This document shows positions 39,748 to 53,149 of a stretch of 64,000 nt of DNA, piece after piece; positions within the stretch are counted from its first letter, which is position 1; every line of letters starts with the position of its first letter. Position numbers and translations under genes: made by a program. The stretch covers positions 54,374,972 to 54,438,971 of the forward strand of contig NC_057718.1 in assembly GCF_004010195.1 (NCBI RefSeq), given 5' to 3'. The stretch comes from Chiloscyllium plagiosum. Lineage: Eukaryota. A model generated the notes under the pieces. It did not search any database. It had not been told where the DNA came from and was given only the letters and a program-made list of their open reading frames with translations.

Positions 39748-42700
39748 CCAGAGTATAACTTCAACATAAGAAGTTTCTCGTTTTGAGACAGAATTTCTTC
39801 TGAGGATAGTGAATCTGCGAAATTCTTTACCACAGAGGTTGAGTTATTAAGTATATTCAAGGCTGAAATAGACAGATTTCTAATCAGTAAGGGAATTGAG
39901 GGTTATGGAGAAAAGGCAAGAAAGTGGAGTTGAGGATTATCAGATCAGCCATGACCTCATTGAATTGCAGAGCAGACTCAATGGGCTGAATGGCCTCCTA
40001 CGGCATTATGATTAAACTGCTCCTTGAGATTCTTCTCTCTACAATATGTACAATAAACACAAGCTGTGTGAAGTATCGAATTCCAAGTCATACACTCTGC
40101 CATTGCCCTTAGTGCATGAAATCATAAAAGATACAATTTGCTTTCTTTATAATTATGGAACTGATTGTAATCTGGCCTAATTGGTGGGAAGAAGACAGAA
40201 TTGAATCAATTGTCCATTTTACACACCACTTGATTTATACCTTCCAGTAACCTCCAGCTATAAAAATTAACTAGACAAACCTTCACAGGAGATTAAGCTT
40301 CCAGTGCATTTTAGGCTCACTTCAGTTAATCTTTTAGGAAAATTCAATAATCACATAAGAAACATATTTTTTTAAAATTAGTTTACATTAAAAAGCAAAC
40401 TGATTTGAGGTACTGACACCAATATCTTTCATTGTAAATTATTGTTACAATACCTCAAATATACTAGATAAAGTAATGACTGAATATTTGATAATTTTTA
40501 AAATTAAAAGATGATCAGGTCTCAACTGAACAAATAGGTAAAATTACATGACTTCATGCTTTCAGCATGGAACTTTATCTGTGACCAGTACTTATCAGAA
40601 ATTTAGGCACCTACTCTGGCTTCATTTCACTTTTGCTCATTGATCCATTACATGATGACATTAGGAACTGAGCAAAGCCTGTTCCCAAATTTGAGAAATC
40701 GGTTGCTCGCAGAATAAACATTTAATGCCTCATTTCCAAGTACCACCTCTCCACACATTTTTTCACATGTAAAATTTATCCTACTGATGATAGTAAAATA
40801 TCATCCAATGGGATTGTTAAATTGTGAGCAAATTTATCTCAAACCCTGTGACATCTGCAGTCACCAGTTCAATAAAGAGTCAAGCATTCAAAGGAAACAT
40901 ATTTTAAATAGTGGATGCAGATTCACCAAAATTAATGCAAGTTACACAAAAATAATGAAGAAAATAATGGCAATAAAGAGTGACAAATACAGAGGACTGG
41001 GTGATTTCATTCCAGGACACTAACAAAATGTGAAGTGACTTGACCTAAAAGATGATCCAACTATAATCTTACAAATGTCCTCAATTCAGGAGCCATTTCC
41101 TTAGATTGGAAAAATGCACATTGCTTCACTGTATCAGGTAGTGAGAGGAGGAAACCAGAGAATTATGGATGAGTCAGCCGAAACGTTGAAGCTTCTGAAA
41201 ATGACAGCTCCTGCCAAGAGGAAGAAATTAATTGAGTGGCAGAAAACAGGATAACAAGTATTCTAATCAGCAGAATGTGACCAACAATGCCCCACATAGT
41301 CACGTGGGGGTCATAGTTTTTTAATAACTTTATTAGTGAGCAACATGATGGAATAGAGAGCCTCACATCAACATTTGTCACAACAAAACTGTTACAGCCA
41401 AGCTACAACTGCATTGAGCTAACAGTGTGGAATGCTGTCCATCAAAATCTGGATGAAGTCAACCCGGTCAATTGCCATTCACTCAATCATCAGAGATGAA
41501 AGCTTGCATTGGAGCAATGTGGGTTGTCAAAGCCCCTCAGCTCCAGATCTCATTATATTACACCTCACTGCACCCAACATGAACAAAAGAGCTGAATTCC
41601 GGAAGCTAAGAAAGTGACAGTCAGCAACAACCTTGATATAAAGGACAGAGTTTGGCATCAAGGAGTCCTAATAATATTTAAATCAGTGGGAATGTGGCTA
41701 TAAACTCTCCACTAGCTAGTCATATCAAGCACAAAGGAAGACGGCATCACTACAGGAGGTCCTCAAGGTATAGTGTCTTAAGGATTAACCATCTTTGTGC
41801 TTAATGCTTCAATCACTTTCCCTTCCTGAGAGGAATACTTGCTGATGATTGCATAATGTTCAATAGCATGCACCACTCTTCAGATATTGAAGTAGTCTTT
41901 GTCTATATGCAGCAAAACTTCAAAAATATTCAGACTTGAGTTAATAGGCACCAGTAACATTTGTGCCATGCAAGTACTAAACAATGACCACCGAAAACAT
42001 TAGAATCTAATCATCGATGGTATTACTGTCCCTCAGATGCCATTACCAGCATCATGGCCTTTTCATTAATTAGAAACTGAACCAGAACAGCCATATAAAC
42101 ACTGACGCTACAAGAACATGTCAAGGGCAAAACTCCCCAAAGCCTGTCAACATTTACAAGGCACAAGTCAGGAATACAATGGAATACCTTCCACCTACCT
42201 GGATGAGTGCAGCTCCACCATACAAGAATTTTAATGTCACCCAGAACAAAACAGTTTGGTTCATTGATACCTGAAACCTTACTCATTCAGTATCTTTTAT
42301 ACTACCAGACATGGCTGCAATGTGTCTCATCTACAAGAAGCACTGGAGCAACTGCTCCTTGACAGCACCTCCAAACCCATGACCCTCACTACCTGGAAGA
42401 ACAAGGGCAGCAGATACATGGGAACACCTGATATCTGGCATTCAGAATCAATGAAAAGTGTCTACAAACTGGACGTGAAAATAGTCTACACAAATGTTTT
42501 CAGAATGCTGCCATGCGCAAGTTCCATTAATAATTTAGATATTTGTGAAGTGTTTTCCATTAGTAGCTTGTTGGCCATTCTCTTTTCATCTATCAACATA
42601 GGTTATCAAGAACAGTAGTGGAGGTCACCTTCTCCAGGCAAATTCAATTCCTCAGAAGAAACTGGGAGCACATTTAAACTAAACAACAGGCCACTGGACT

Positions 42701-43001
42701 TGAAATAGTGCTGAAGCAAAAGGAAAACTCAGAAACAAAGTTCCACCTGACTGCAAATGCTGTCCAAACAGAAGGAGCAGATAATCTTCACTCCTGAGAT
42801 CCACTATATTTTTGGATATAGCAAAATAATGGTGTCTAAATGCCAAGCATCATGATTAAGTCACGTAGCTTGCAACTGTCAAGTTTTTTACATACAAATA
42901 TGTTGTACATTCCCCATATTTATTAAATAGTTTAAGTGGTTCATTAGTTTCTTGAGAAACTATAAAGGACCATTTTGTTAGTGTTCAGCAATGGCCCTGG
43001 T

Positions 43002-43132
43002 TCATTCCTGATTAAGGGCTTATGCCCGAAACGTCGATTCTCCTGCTCCTTGGATGCTGCCTGACTTGCTGTGCTTTTCAAGCACTATACTCTCGATTCT
43101 GATCTCCAGCATCTGCAGTCCTCACTTTCTCT
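43002..43132 (+). mobile_element. Short hammerhead-family element (core mutated to CTGATTA)
   Basis: cattcCTGATTAaGGGCttatGCCCGAAACGTCgatt plus the full family tail. Confidence 0.8.
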
Positions 43133-44549
43133 GAGTTGATTCCCCACTGTCAGTCATATTCTATTGCCAGAAAATGTTACATTTACTAAGGGTTAAAAAT
43201 TCAAATACATCATCCATTTATTAAAATGTTTCTTTACAGTTTTAATTAAATAAAGCAGTGGTAAAATATAATAAGTTTAATACATTGCACAGTGGTACTG
43301 AATAAATGATCAGGAGCAAAGTGAAGTCAGGGAAAGGAATCTCCAGTAGGTAACTGGTTTCATTTCTTCGTCTCATCACAATCTGTGTCTGAACTCTCTC
43401 TGCTTGGAAGGTCAGTCACCAACTCTATTTCCTTTGTACAGTTATATTTTATATCTAATAATTCTATTCTGGTCATCCAAGTCATCCTGTTTTTCACATC
43501 TTCAAATGGCAATGGTGAAAATGAACTTTTGCTGCAGACTATTCATCACTTCTTTTTCTTCTTTCTATAGAGGTAAATGAAAAAAAAAGATATCAAAGCA
43601 ATTCTAATGAGTCTCGAAACGTTAACTCTATTTTCTCTCTGTAAGTGCTGCCAGACCGGCTGAGTTTCACCAGCAATTTCTGATTTTGTTTCACATAAAA
43701 GCAGTACTTCAAAGAAAAGCCCAAAGAGAAAGGATCCATACTACATTCAAAAAATTACAAATAATATTTCTCCTTTCTTTTAGACGATAGCGCTTTTATC
43801 AGTTTAAATGAAGATAAAATAAAATTTAGCTGCGACAAGCATGGCGCATTATCTCAAAGGTAGTGACTGATGACACGAATGTCAATAGCACAAAAGAATC
43901 CATAAAGGTTCATATACAAAAAAAACACGTCTCCAAGATATAAAAATAGACTGCATTCAACTACATTAGAAGTGAAGAAACGACAATATGGATGTAAAAG
44001 CTGCAAAGTAAAATATTCTTTTGACAGCTCAGCAGGTGAGTGTCTCTGTCTTCTCACTAGTCATCCCCCATTCTGCCCATAAAATTTATAACCTGACAGT
44101 GATAATGCATGTTTTTGGAGAGACTATAATGCTACCACTGTGCTCACATTGCTTTGGTGAGTCTTTGCTGCCCTCCATAGACGATTACCCATTTGTTTCA
44201 TATTTTCACATTATCGAAACACTGTGACTACAAGATACAAGCAATGATTAATGATCTACTTCTCCAAATATACTTGTTTGCAGCTTCCCAAGCTTTGCAA
44301 TAAAAATTTCAGTGGGAACGCAACTGGAAATTTTATCCACATTTTATATTGAAAAATACCAACCATTTACAAGACATAATTTCAGTTGGTAGGTTATAGG
44401 TCCAGTTCATCTTATTCATCAGTTACACATTGTGACGGTGGTTTCATTTAATTCTTATGTACAAAATTCTGGCAGCTTTGAGATATTTTCTTTCAGATTA
44501 ATACAGCTTATGCATCGTTGTATCAAAAAAAACTGAATTATGCCCCTTC

Positions 44550-47500
44550 ACAGGGATCAATGTTGGGATACTTGCTGTTTGATATTTATATAAATACATT
44601 ATAAAAAAAATATAAACAATGTAGACTTGCATGTAGGAGCGTTGATCAGTAAGTTTGCAGATGATACAAACATTGGTGGAGTGGTAAATGGGGAGGTAAA
44701 TAGTGATAGCCTTAGATTGCAGGAGGATATATACAGTCAGATGGGCTGATTGGTGGCAAATGGAATTCAATAGCAGAAAACATTCAGTAACAATAATGGA
44801 GGTGATGCACTTGGGCAGGACAGACAAGGCAAGGGTATAAATGAACAGTAGGATCCTGGTAAGCACCAAGGATCATATGGATCTTGGTATACAGTCCCTT
44901 AAGGTAGCAGAGCAGGCAGATAAAGTGGTTAAGATGATATATGGCGTTTGTGTCTTTAATAGCTGAGGCAGAGAGCTTAAGTACAAAGACGGTACAGTGG
45001 AACTGTATAAAACACTGGTTAGGACTCAGTAAGATGGCGGCAATTCAGTAGAACTGCTGTAGACAGCTCTGCCTAACAGCCAAGGCATACTGGTGTTTTT
45101 TTTTTGCCATCCTTGGCCAACTTATGTGGTGGAATTATTAGGGTAAACCTTACAGAACACATATTTGTTAATATTTGGGAGTGGGAAGGATACCAAAGGG
45201 AAAGGGAGCAAGCCAGCAGCAGCAGGGAGGACACTCCCCTGCAGCACCAGGCATACCAGAGACAGCAGCAGCCTCTCCTGAACCCCCCAGGGACCTGACA
45301 GATTCACAGGAATTGGCTGCGGCGATGGAGAGACTTACCTTGAAAGTTGGGGCTGCGATTGAGGAGATCGTGGGGAGATTCATCCATCCTCAGGTCCAAC
45401 CTATCGCATCCATGCTGCTGAAGCATGAGCAGGAGATCCAGGGCCTCGGGAAGCGGCTGGAGGAGATGGAGGGTTGAACTAAGGTTTTGGAAGCTGCAAC
45501 GTAGTCCTCATCCAGTTAGATCCAGGTGCTGGAGCGAGAGGTGCGGGCATTGCGAAACCATATCGACGACCTCGAAAATCGAGGTCAGAGGATGAATCTC
45601 CGAACTGTCAGGCTCCCTGAAGGCGAGGTGTGTGAGCAGCCAGTCAACTTCTTTGAAAGCTGGCTGCTGCAGTTTTTGGGCCTTCACATCGAATTCAGCA
45701 GGCTGCAGATTGAAGGGCTTATCGGGTTACAGTGCACAGGTCATGGCCAGTGCAGCACCCACGCTCGGTCCAAGTGCACTTCCATTCATATAAGGACAAA
45801 CAAAAATCATAGAAGCTGCACAGGCATTGCTGCACAACGGGTCAAAAATCATGTTTTTCCATGATTTTTCGACAGCTTTAATTCAAAAGAGGAAGTCCTT
45901 CAATGAAGTTAAAAAGAGGCTGAGGAACCTGGGCATCCAATACTCCATGAAATACCCCGCAGTACTCCATTTCAGCCATGAGGACTCAGTTTATACATTT
46001 GACTCAGCGGATAAAGCTAAAAACTTTGTAGACATTTTAAAATAGATGGACTGGCCTGAAGAATACGATTAGTGTTTGTTCTCTTTTCCTTCGTTCCCCA
46101 TGTTTTCCCTTCCTTTTTTTATTCCTTTCTTTCTCCCTAATAATTTTTTTTTGGAAAGGGGGAAAAAAACGTGGAATAAGTTGTTCCTTTTTTTAAAACT
46201 GGATTTTATAATGGGAAATTTTGTGGATGTTCTTTGTTGTCTCCCCTTTTTTTGTGTTTGTTCTGTTTCTCTTCTAGTCACAAGTAGGGGTGACATGAAG
46301 CCAGGGATGGGATGGCTCATCCTGACTTTGTCTTTTTTCTGCTGATTTAAGGATCATCTCCTTGTTTTTTTGCTGGCCTAAGACTGGGGCACAGTCCGGG
46401 TTTGAAGGAGCTATGAAATAGGGGATGAGTAGGGTGAGTGCCCCCAATGGGCAGGGGGAAGAGTCTTCCATTCACAGTTTTATAGTTGGTTTTCTTTGTA
46501 GGTTTTTGGTAGTAATAGTTGTTTGTAGTTATGATAGAGCAGTTTTTAGCATTCATAATTCTTCGACACTATGAGCCTTTATTTACTTGTGCTTGGCCCT
46601 TTGTATGCAGGGATCCCCCTCCCAGGGGTTCAAGGGTCTCTGAAAGGGGATATGGCGAAGTGTCTTATTAAATGGTGCACCTGGAATATCAAGGGAAGTC
46701 ATTCGCTTGTTAAAAGGAAAGAAGTGCTTTCTAGCCTTAAGACAGAAAGGGTTGATATAGCTTTGTTGCAGGAAGCCCATCTTAATGATGGGAAACACCA
46801 GAAGTTACAACAGGGGGATTACTACCAGGTATTCTTTTCATCCTTTACTAGTAAAAGTAGGGGAGTGGCGGTACTTATCCAGAAAAATCTTCTGTTCACA
46901 TTGTTAGAGCAGGTGAAAGATGAGCAGGGACGGTTTGTGATACTTAAAGCTCTGATACACGGGGAGGTATATGGCATTTTAAATGTCTAATGTCCTCCGG
47001 CACATCCCCTCAAATGTTTGATTACTGCTTTCTCTAAGCTGAGTGCCTTTGGAACACAGCACATTATTATGGGGGGGGGGGAATTAATTGTCTTTTGGAT
47101 CTGACAGTGGACAGGATGCCTTGTGGGCCCCCAACTATTTCTTCGCAGGCTAAGCAGGTTGTTGACTTATGTGAGGAGTTGAGGCAGGTAGATGTTTGGA
47201 GATGTCTTCACTCTACCGGCAGGGACTTCACCTTTTTTTCAAACCCACATAAATGTCATATAAGGATTGATTTCTTTCTGGCTCCCGCGGCCCTCCTGGA
47301 TTTGATTATGGGTTGCAAAATTGGGAGTATAGCTATCTCTGATCACGCGACAGTATATTTGGAAGTTAAGACCAAGAATGAGAGGCTAGGTTGACGGCAC
47401 TGGCGTCTGGACCCTTTTCTCCTTAAGGATTCCAAATTTGTGGAATACTTTTTGAAGGAGTTTCAGGAATTCTTGACTATCAATTCAGGCACGGCTAGTA

Positions 47501-50500
47501 GTCTGTCTATGCTATGGAAAACTGCTAGGGGATTAGCTATTTCCTACTCGGCTAGCTCGAAACGACAGAAGGAGGAACAGCAGCATCTACTTGAGACACA
47601 GTTGACAGCCGCCAAGGCAGCATATTTTGCGCGGCATTTGGTGACTTAACTACAGCAGATCACAGCCATCCGGGCTGCCTTGAATTCAATACTGACACAA
47701 AACGCAAAGAAAGAACTTGCTTTTGCTAGACAAAGGCTGTTCGAGTATGGGGATATGCCAAGGAAGTATTTAGCATACCTGAATAGGAAAAAGCATGCTC
47801 CTCAATCCATTACTGCAATCAGAACAATCCCGGAGTCCTTACATATGATGCTAAAAAGATTAATGAGGCTTTTCAGAGTTTTTTACTCTGAATTATATCG
47901 GTCTGAAGGTTGCGAGGACAGGAGGGATAAAATGGAGGCCTTTTCTTAGAACCTGGATCTCCCAGGGGTAACCATGGAACAGGCCTCCCTCTTTAATGTC
48001 CCCTTGACAGTTCAGGAAATGCAGGAGGCAGCTAGGCAACTTCAGAGTGGGAAAGCGCCTGGCCCTGATGGTCTCCTAGCGAGTTTTAAAAGAAGTTTAT
48101 AGGGATTCTCTCAGGGCTGATGTTGGAGATGTACAGCCACTCCTATATGCATGAATGCTTACCACCATCTTTGAGAGCAGCTAATATTTCCTTAATTCTT
48201 AAGAAGGGGAAGGTTACCGAAGATTGTGCCTCATACAGGACCACCTCTCTATTAAATTCAGATTTCAAGATTATGTCTAAGATCCTGGCGCTGAGATGGG
48301 AAAAGGTATTGCCTAATATTGTTAAAGAGGACCAGACAGTCTTTATAAGGGGCCACAGGTCCTCTAATAATATTAGAAGGTTGCTGAATGTGGTCCAAGT
48401 TTGTCAGCAACGATAGATTCAGGGATTGGCGATTTCCTTTGATGCAGAGAAAGCATTTGACCGGGTGGAATGGCCGCATCTTTTAGGTTGAGAGGGGTCT
48501 TTGCTAGGTGGGTGGAGGTTTTATATCACCACCCTCTGGCCGCGGTCATCACCAATGGGGTGAAGTCTGGGAATTTTAGGATTGGTAGGGGTAAGTCAGC
48601 AAGGCTGCCCCTTCTCACCGTTGGTGATAGAGCCGCTGGCAGAGGCCATTTGTCAGAACGTCCACATAACCGCTCTGGAAGTGGGATCGAGGGCACACAA
48701 GATTACACTGTATGCAGATGGTGTCCTTCTGTTTTTAAATCAAACCTGATGACCTCTGTACCTCATTTGATAAAATGTGTCAATTCATTTGGGACTATTT
48801 CAGGATATAAGATTAACTTCGCAAAATCGGAGGCTATGCCTTTGGGGAACCTTAAGGATGTACCAGAAGTTGAAGGTGGCCCGAAGTTCCCTTTTAAGTG
48901 GTCAAGGGCAGGGTTCCGATACCTAGGCATTTTTATTATCCCCAAGTTTGATCTGTTATTTTGGACTAACTTTGCTCACTTGCTCGACAATATTAGGCGG
49001 GATCTTCAGAGATGGGAGGCTCTTCCAACTTCATGGCTGGGCCGAATATCTCATTAAGATGAATGTTCTTTCTCGCTTCCTTTATCCCATACATATGCTC
49101 CCTATAATGTTTCCCAGGTCAATGCTGCGGAAACCTATGGGATGGTTTGGTTCCTCTGTCTGGCAACGTGGGCGGCCCCTCATCAAACTTACTAAATTGC
49201 AGTTGCCTCAAGGAGGGGGAGGAATTGATTTCCCAGACATCAGGAGGTATCAGTTGAATTCCCTGCTGTCCTTTGTCTGCGATTGAATGATCTGAACTCA
49301 ATATCGAGGCCTCCCAGGCAAGGTGCCCTCTTATTAACCTGTTGTTCATGGATAAGATGAGGACAGTTATGGACCACTCCCATTTTTATTAGTACAGTCA
49401 AAGCATGGAGGGCGATGCGCAGAGTGAGGGTTGCTTATCCAAGACTTCACCACTTATGCCTATAGTTGGCATGCCAGGGTTCTGACCAGGGACGATGGAC
49501 TCAGGGTTCAAACTATGGGCAGCGAGAGGAGTTTCTAGTTTGGGAGACTTGTTTGAAGGGGAGGTTATGATGTCTTTTGAGCAACTGAGCCGCAAATACG
49601 GATTGCCCAGCAGAGATCTTTTCCATTTTATTTCGGGTTAGGGATTTCATCCAGAAGACGACGACACTTCTCACTAAGCCCTATAAGCCCGATACAGAGA
49701 GGTTGTTGCTACGTTCCACAAGCACCCTTTCAGTTAGTGCCTTCTATCGCCTGCTGGGTGGCAGGGCCTGGCAGGATATTAACCGGTTATGTGAGGTGGG
49801 AGCAAGAGCTAAGAGTGGAGATCTCTTCTGAAACATTGGAGAACATATGGGAAAATGCTAGAAAGATCTCAATCTGTAATGGGACATGCGCTACGCAGTT
49901 AAAAGTTCTGCACAGGGTTCATCTGGCACCAGACTGTTTGGTGACGTTTAAAAAAGGGGCATCTTCAATGTGCACCAAATGTAAAATAAGTGTAGGTACT
50001 CTTAGCCATTGCTTCTGGACATGCCACAGACTCTGTGTTTATTGGAGCGCCGTGGCGGGAGAGATAGGAAGGGTATTGAGGATTGAAGTCAAAGTAGACC
50101 CGATATCTCACCTCTTAGGTCTACTGACTTTACCATCTTTAGATGGGCATGAGAAGAAACTATTTAATATTCTTGCATACTGTGCACGGAAGAATATTCT
50201 GATGAATTGGGTGTCTGAGAACCCGCCGGGCTTGCTGGGATGTCAGGAATTAATTATGGAGCACATTCCCTTGGACTTTTTTTTACAAACATGGTGCAGC
50301 ACACAACAGACCATTTTTATAAGACATGGCAGCCCTACTGCCATAGATTTATTAGCTATCTTAACTAGGGCATTTATTTAACCAGGATGTTTAGGTTTGT
50401 CAAGCCCTGGGCCCTGAAGGGGGTCTCCTGAATTAATACGGATGTATATTCAATGATCCCGTTCCTTTGTTTGGGAGCTTTGCACCAAGCATAACTTCTG

Positions 50501-51230
50501 TAATCTGTGCTTTATTTTTTGAGCTATTAGTTATTTACTTATTTACTGGTGTTGCTTTGCACAATGTTAGGGTTTTGTATTGTAGGGTAGGTTAGTAGAT
50601 GGTAGACAGTAGTTGTATTGTAATTTGTGTTTTTTTTCTTATTATACTGATATGTGTTATTGATTGTATTTTTCACTAATTTTATATGTTCGCAAAGTTA
50701 AAAAAATTTGCTAATAAATATTTTTACAAAAAAAACCCACTAGTTGGGCCATAGCTAGTGTAATGCGTGCATTTCTGGAATCCACGTTATAGGAGGAATG
50801 TGATTGTACTGAAGAGGGTGACGAGGAGGTTCTTCAGGATGTTGCACAGGCCGGAGAGAGTTAGATACAAAGCGAGATTGGGTAGATTTAGGTTGTTTTC
50901 CTTGGAGCAGAGGAGATTGATTGAGATGAAGAACATTATGATAGGGCAGATAGGAAGGAACTTTTCCACACGGTGAAAAGCTCAAAGACCCTAAGGCCAA
51001 AGGGGATCGATTTAAGGAGCAAGAGGTTTTTTCCCTCCAACTCAGAGGGTGCTGGAAATCTAGAACTCACTGCTGATAAGGGTAATAGAGGCAGAAATCC
51101 TTAGATGTACAGTTATGATGCCAAGGCACGTAAGGCTATGGGCCAAGTGTTGGAAAGTTGGAATAGAATAGTTTTTTGACCAGTGTCGATTTGATGGAGC
51201 AAAGGGGCTTTCTCTGTGCTGTTGACTGGA
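44550..51230 (+). mobile_element. Old CR1 RT/3' fragment split by the L1 insertion (pieces about 44550..45023 and 50749..51230)
   Basis: Left piece has aagtttgcagatgatacaaa (KFADDT) and ends ...ctgtataaaacactggttagg; right piece resumes cc...catttctggaatccacgttatagg (HFWNPRYRR..LKRVTRRFFRM). Confidence 0.8.
45024..50733 (+). mobile_element. Full-length, inactivated L1 LINE (about 5.7 kb)
   Basis: 5' AAGATGGCGG; ORF1 remnants about 45190..46045 (DDLENRGQRMNLRTVRLPEGE, YSMKYPAVL); ORF2 from ATG 46652 to about 50381 with APE endonuclease (TWNIKG, LLQE, RIDFFL, SDH), RT (DAEKAFDRVEW, YAD, FRYLGI) and CxxC...HxFWxC knuckle; AATAAA at 50713 and A tail; degenerate TSD. Confidence 0.93.
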
Positions 51231-51494
51231 TCAATTTATATCAGCCAATCAAACGTAAAACATAATTAAATCCAGAGATAAATAAGTTATCTTGTAATAA
51301 CTTGTTTCACAAATGTACTCAATGTCCTGACAAGGAAAACACACCAGTCTGAATGTTCCTTTAAGCAGCTAAATAGCTTCTGTATTTAGACTAACTTCAA
51401 ATATTTGCTTGGCTGTCATGCATAAAGCAATCTCATAAAACAATAAAGGTCACAAAAATGAAAAGGAAAGCTAGATTGTACAATGCTTTTGACC

Positions 51495-53042
51495 TTAGGC
51501 CTTCAAGACTAGTCCTTTTCATTTTCTGGTGGCAGGGTCTGTTTGAAGGTGGGAGAAGTGAAGGATGATGCCATGTATATGGAGGTTGGTGTGATAGAAA
51601 GTGAGGACCGGGAGGTTCTGTTCTTGTTGCGTTCTGAGGGGTAGGGTTTGAGGATGGAGGTGCAGAAAGTGGAGGAGATGGACTGGAGGGCATCGTCGAC
51701 CAAATGGGAAGGGAAATTGCGATCTTGGAAGAGTAAGGCCATCTGGGATTTTCTAAGGTGGAATGGGTCATCTTGGGAACAGATGTGGCAGAGGTGGAGG
51801 AATTGGGAATAAGGAAATTTTTACAGTTCAGACCAGTTCAGCCAGGCGGATGAGGTTGTCAGTGGAAGGGTACTGGGATGGCGTGAGAGGAAGAAACGGA
51901 GGGCTTGGAGGCCTTCGTCATAGCAGATAGACGTGTACAAGGACTGGATGTCCATGGTAAAGATAAGGCTATGGGGTCCTGGGAAACAAAAGTCTTGGAG
52001 GAGGTGAAGGGCATGAGTGGTGTCCCAAACGTATGTGGAGAGTTCCTAGACTAAGGGGAACAGGATGATGCCAAGGTACGCAGAGATGAGTTCAGTCAGA
52101 CAGGAGCAGGCTGAGACAATGGGTCAACTGGAGAAGTCAGGTTTGAGAATCTTCAGAAGAAAGTAGAATCGGGCGGTGCGGGGTTCATGGACGATGAGGT
52201 TGGAGGCTGTTGATGTGAGATCCCCAGAGGTGATGAGGTTGTGGAAGATCTTGGAGACAATGGTTTGGTGATGGGAGGAGAGGTCATGGTCAAGGTGGCA
52301 GTAGGAGGAGGTGCCTGTGAATTGGCTTCAGTGGTGTAGAGGTTGGTGTGCCAAACTACCATTGCGCCCCTCTTGTCTACGAGTAGGTGCCTGTCTTCAA
52401 CGGTGTAGAGGTTAGTGCACCAAATTTACCTCTATTGCCACCAATGTCATATACTGTATCCATTGCACTCGATGTGGTTTCTTCTGCATCAGGGAGACAG
52501 GATGCCAACTTGTGGATCATTTCTGAGAAAATCTCTGGGAAATCCACACCAACCAATCACACTGCCCCATGACTGAACATTTCAACTCCCCCTCATACTC
52601 CACCAAGGACATACAGGTCCTAGGCCTCCTCCATCACCAAACCCTTACCACTTGACGCCTGGAAGAAGAACGCCTCACACTGCGCCTTGGGACCCTGCAA
52701 CCACATGGGATAAATGTGGATTTCACCAGTTTCCTCATTTCCCCTCCCCCCACATTATCCCAGTCCCAAGACTCCAACTCGGCACCACTCTCTTGACCTG
52801 CCCATCACTTCTCCCAACTATCCGCTACAGCCTCTTCTCCAACCTATGACCTTCTCCCCCACCTTCATCCACCTATCGTATTCTCAGCTACCTTCCGCCA
52901 ACCCCAACCCCCTCCCATTTATCTCTCAGACCCCAGGCCACAAGTCTCATTCCTGATGAAGGACTTATCCCCGAAACGTCGATTCTCCTGCTCCTAGGAT
53001 GCTGCCTGACCTGCTGTGCTTTTCCAGCACCACACTCTCACA
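51495..53042. mobile_element. Penelope-like element with inverted 5' part (RT remnants on minus, about 51495..52380; GIY-YIG plus hammerhead tail on plus, 52387..53042)
   Basis: Minus: MALLFQDRNFPSHLVDDAL. Plus: TNVIYCIHCTRCG ... EHFNSPS ... VLGLLH; CTGATGA...GAAACGTC at 52953..52980. Confidence 0.75.
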
Positions 53043-53149
53043 TCCTCAAATACCTCCAATAAGTCAGTCAAACCTGATTTCCCTTTCCAATTAATCAGAT
53101 TTGTAAAATATACTATGTGCATGCAGACTCAGACCCTTCAGTAAACACA

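Larger units (their letters stand above)
38500..40010 (+). mobile_element. Old CR1 RT/3' fragment hosting two nested insertions
   Basis: aagtttgcagataaaacaaaaatagg ... cattagaccacacttacaatactatgaacagttatgg ... gatcagccatgacctcattgaa; interrupted at about 38930..39283 and about 39555..39747. Confidence 0.75.

Noticed and set aside
43330..43564. Minus-strand exon after a pyrimidine tract and AG at 43566-43565
   Set aside because: All three frames stop within about 20 codons; no recognisable product or clear donor.
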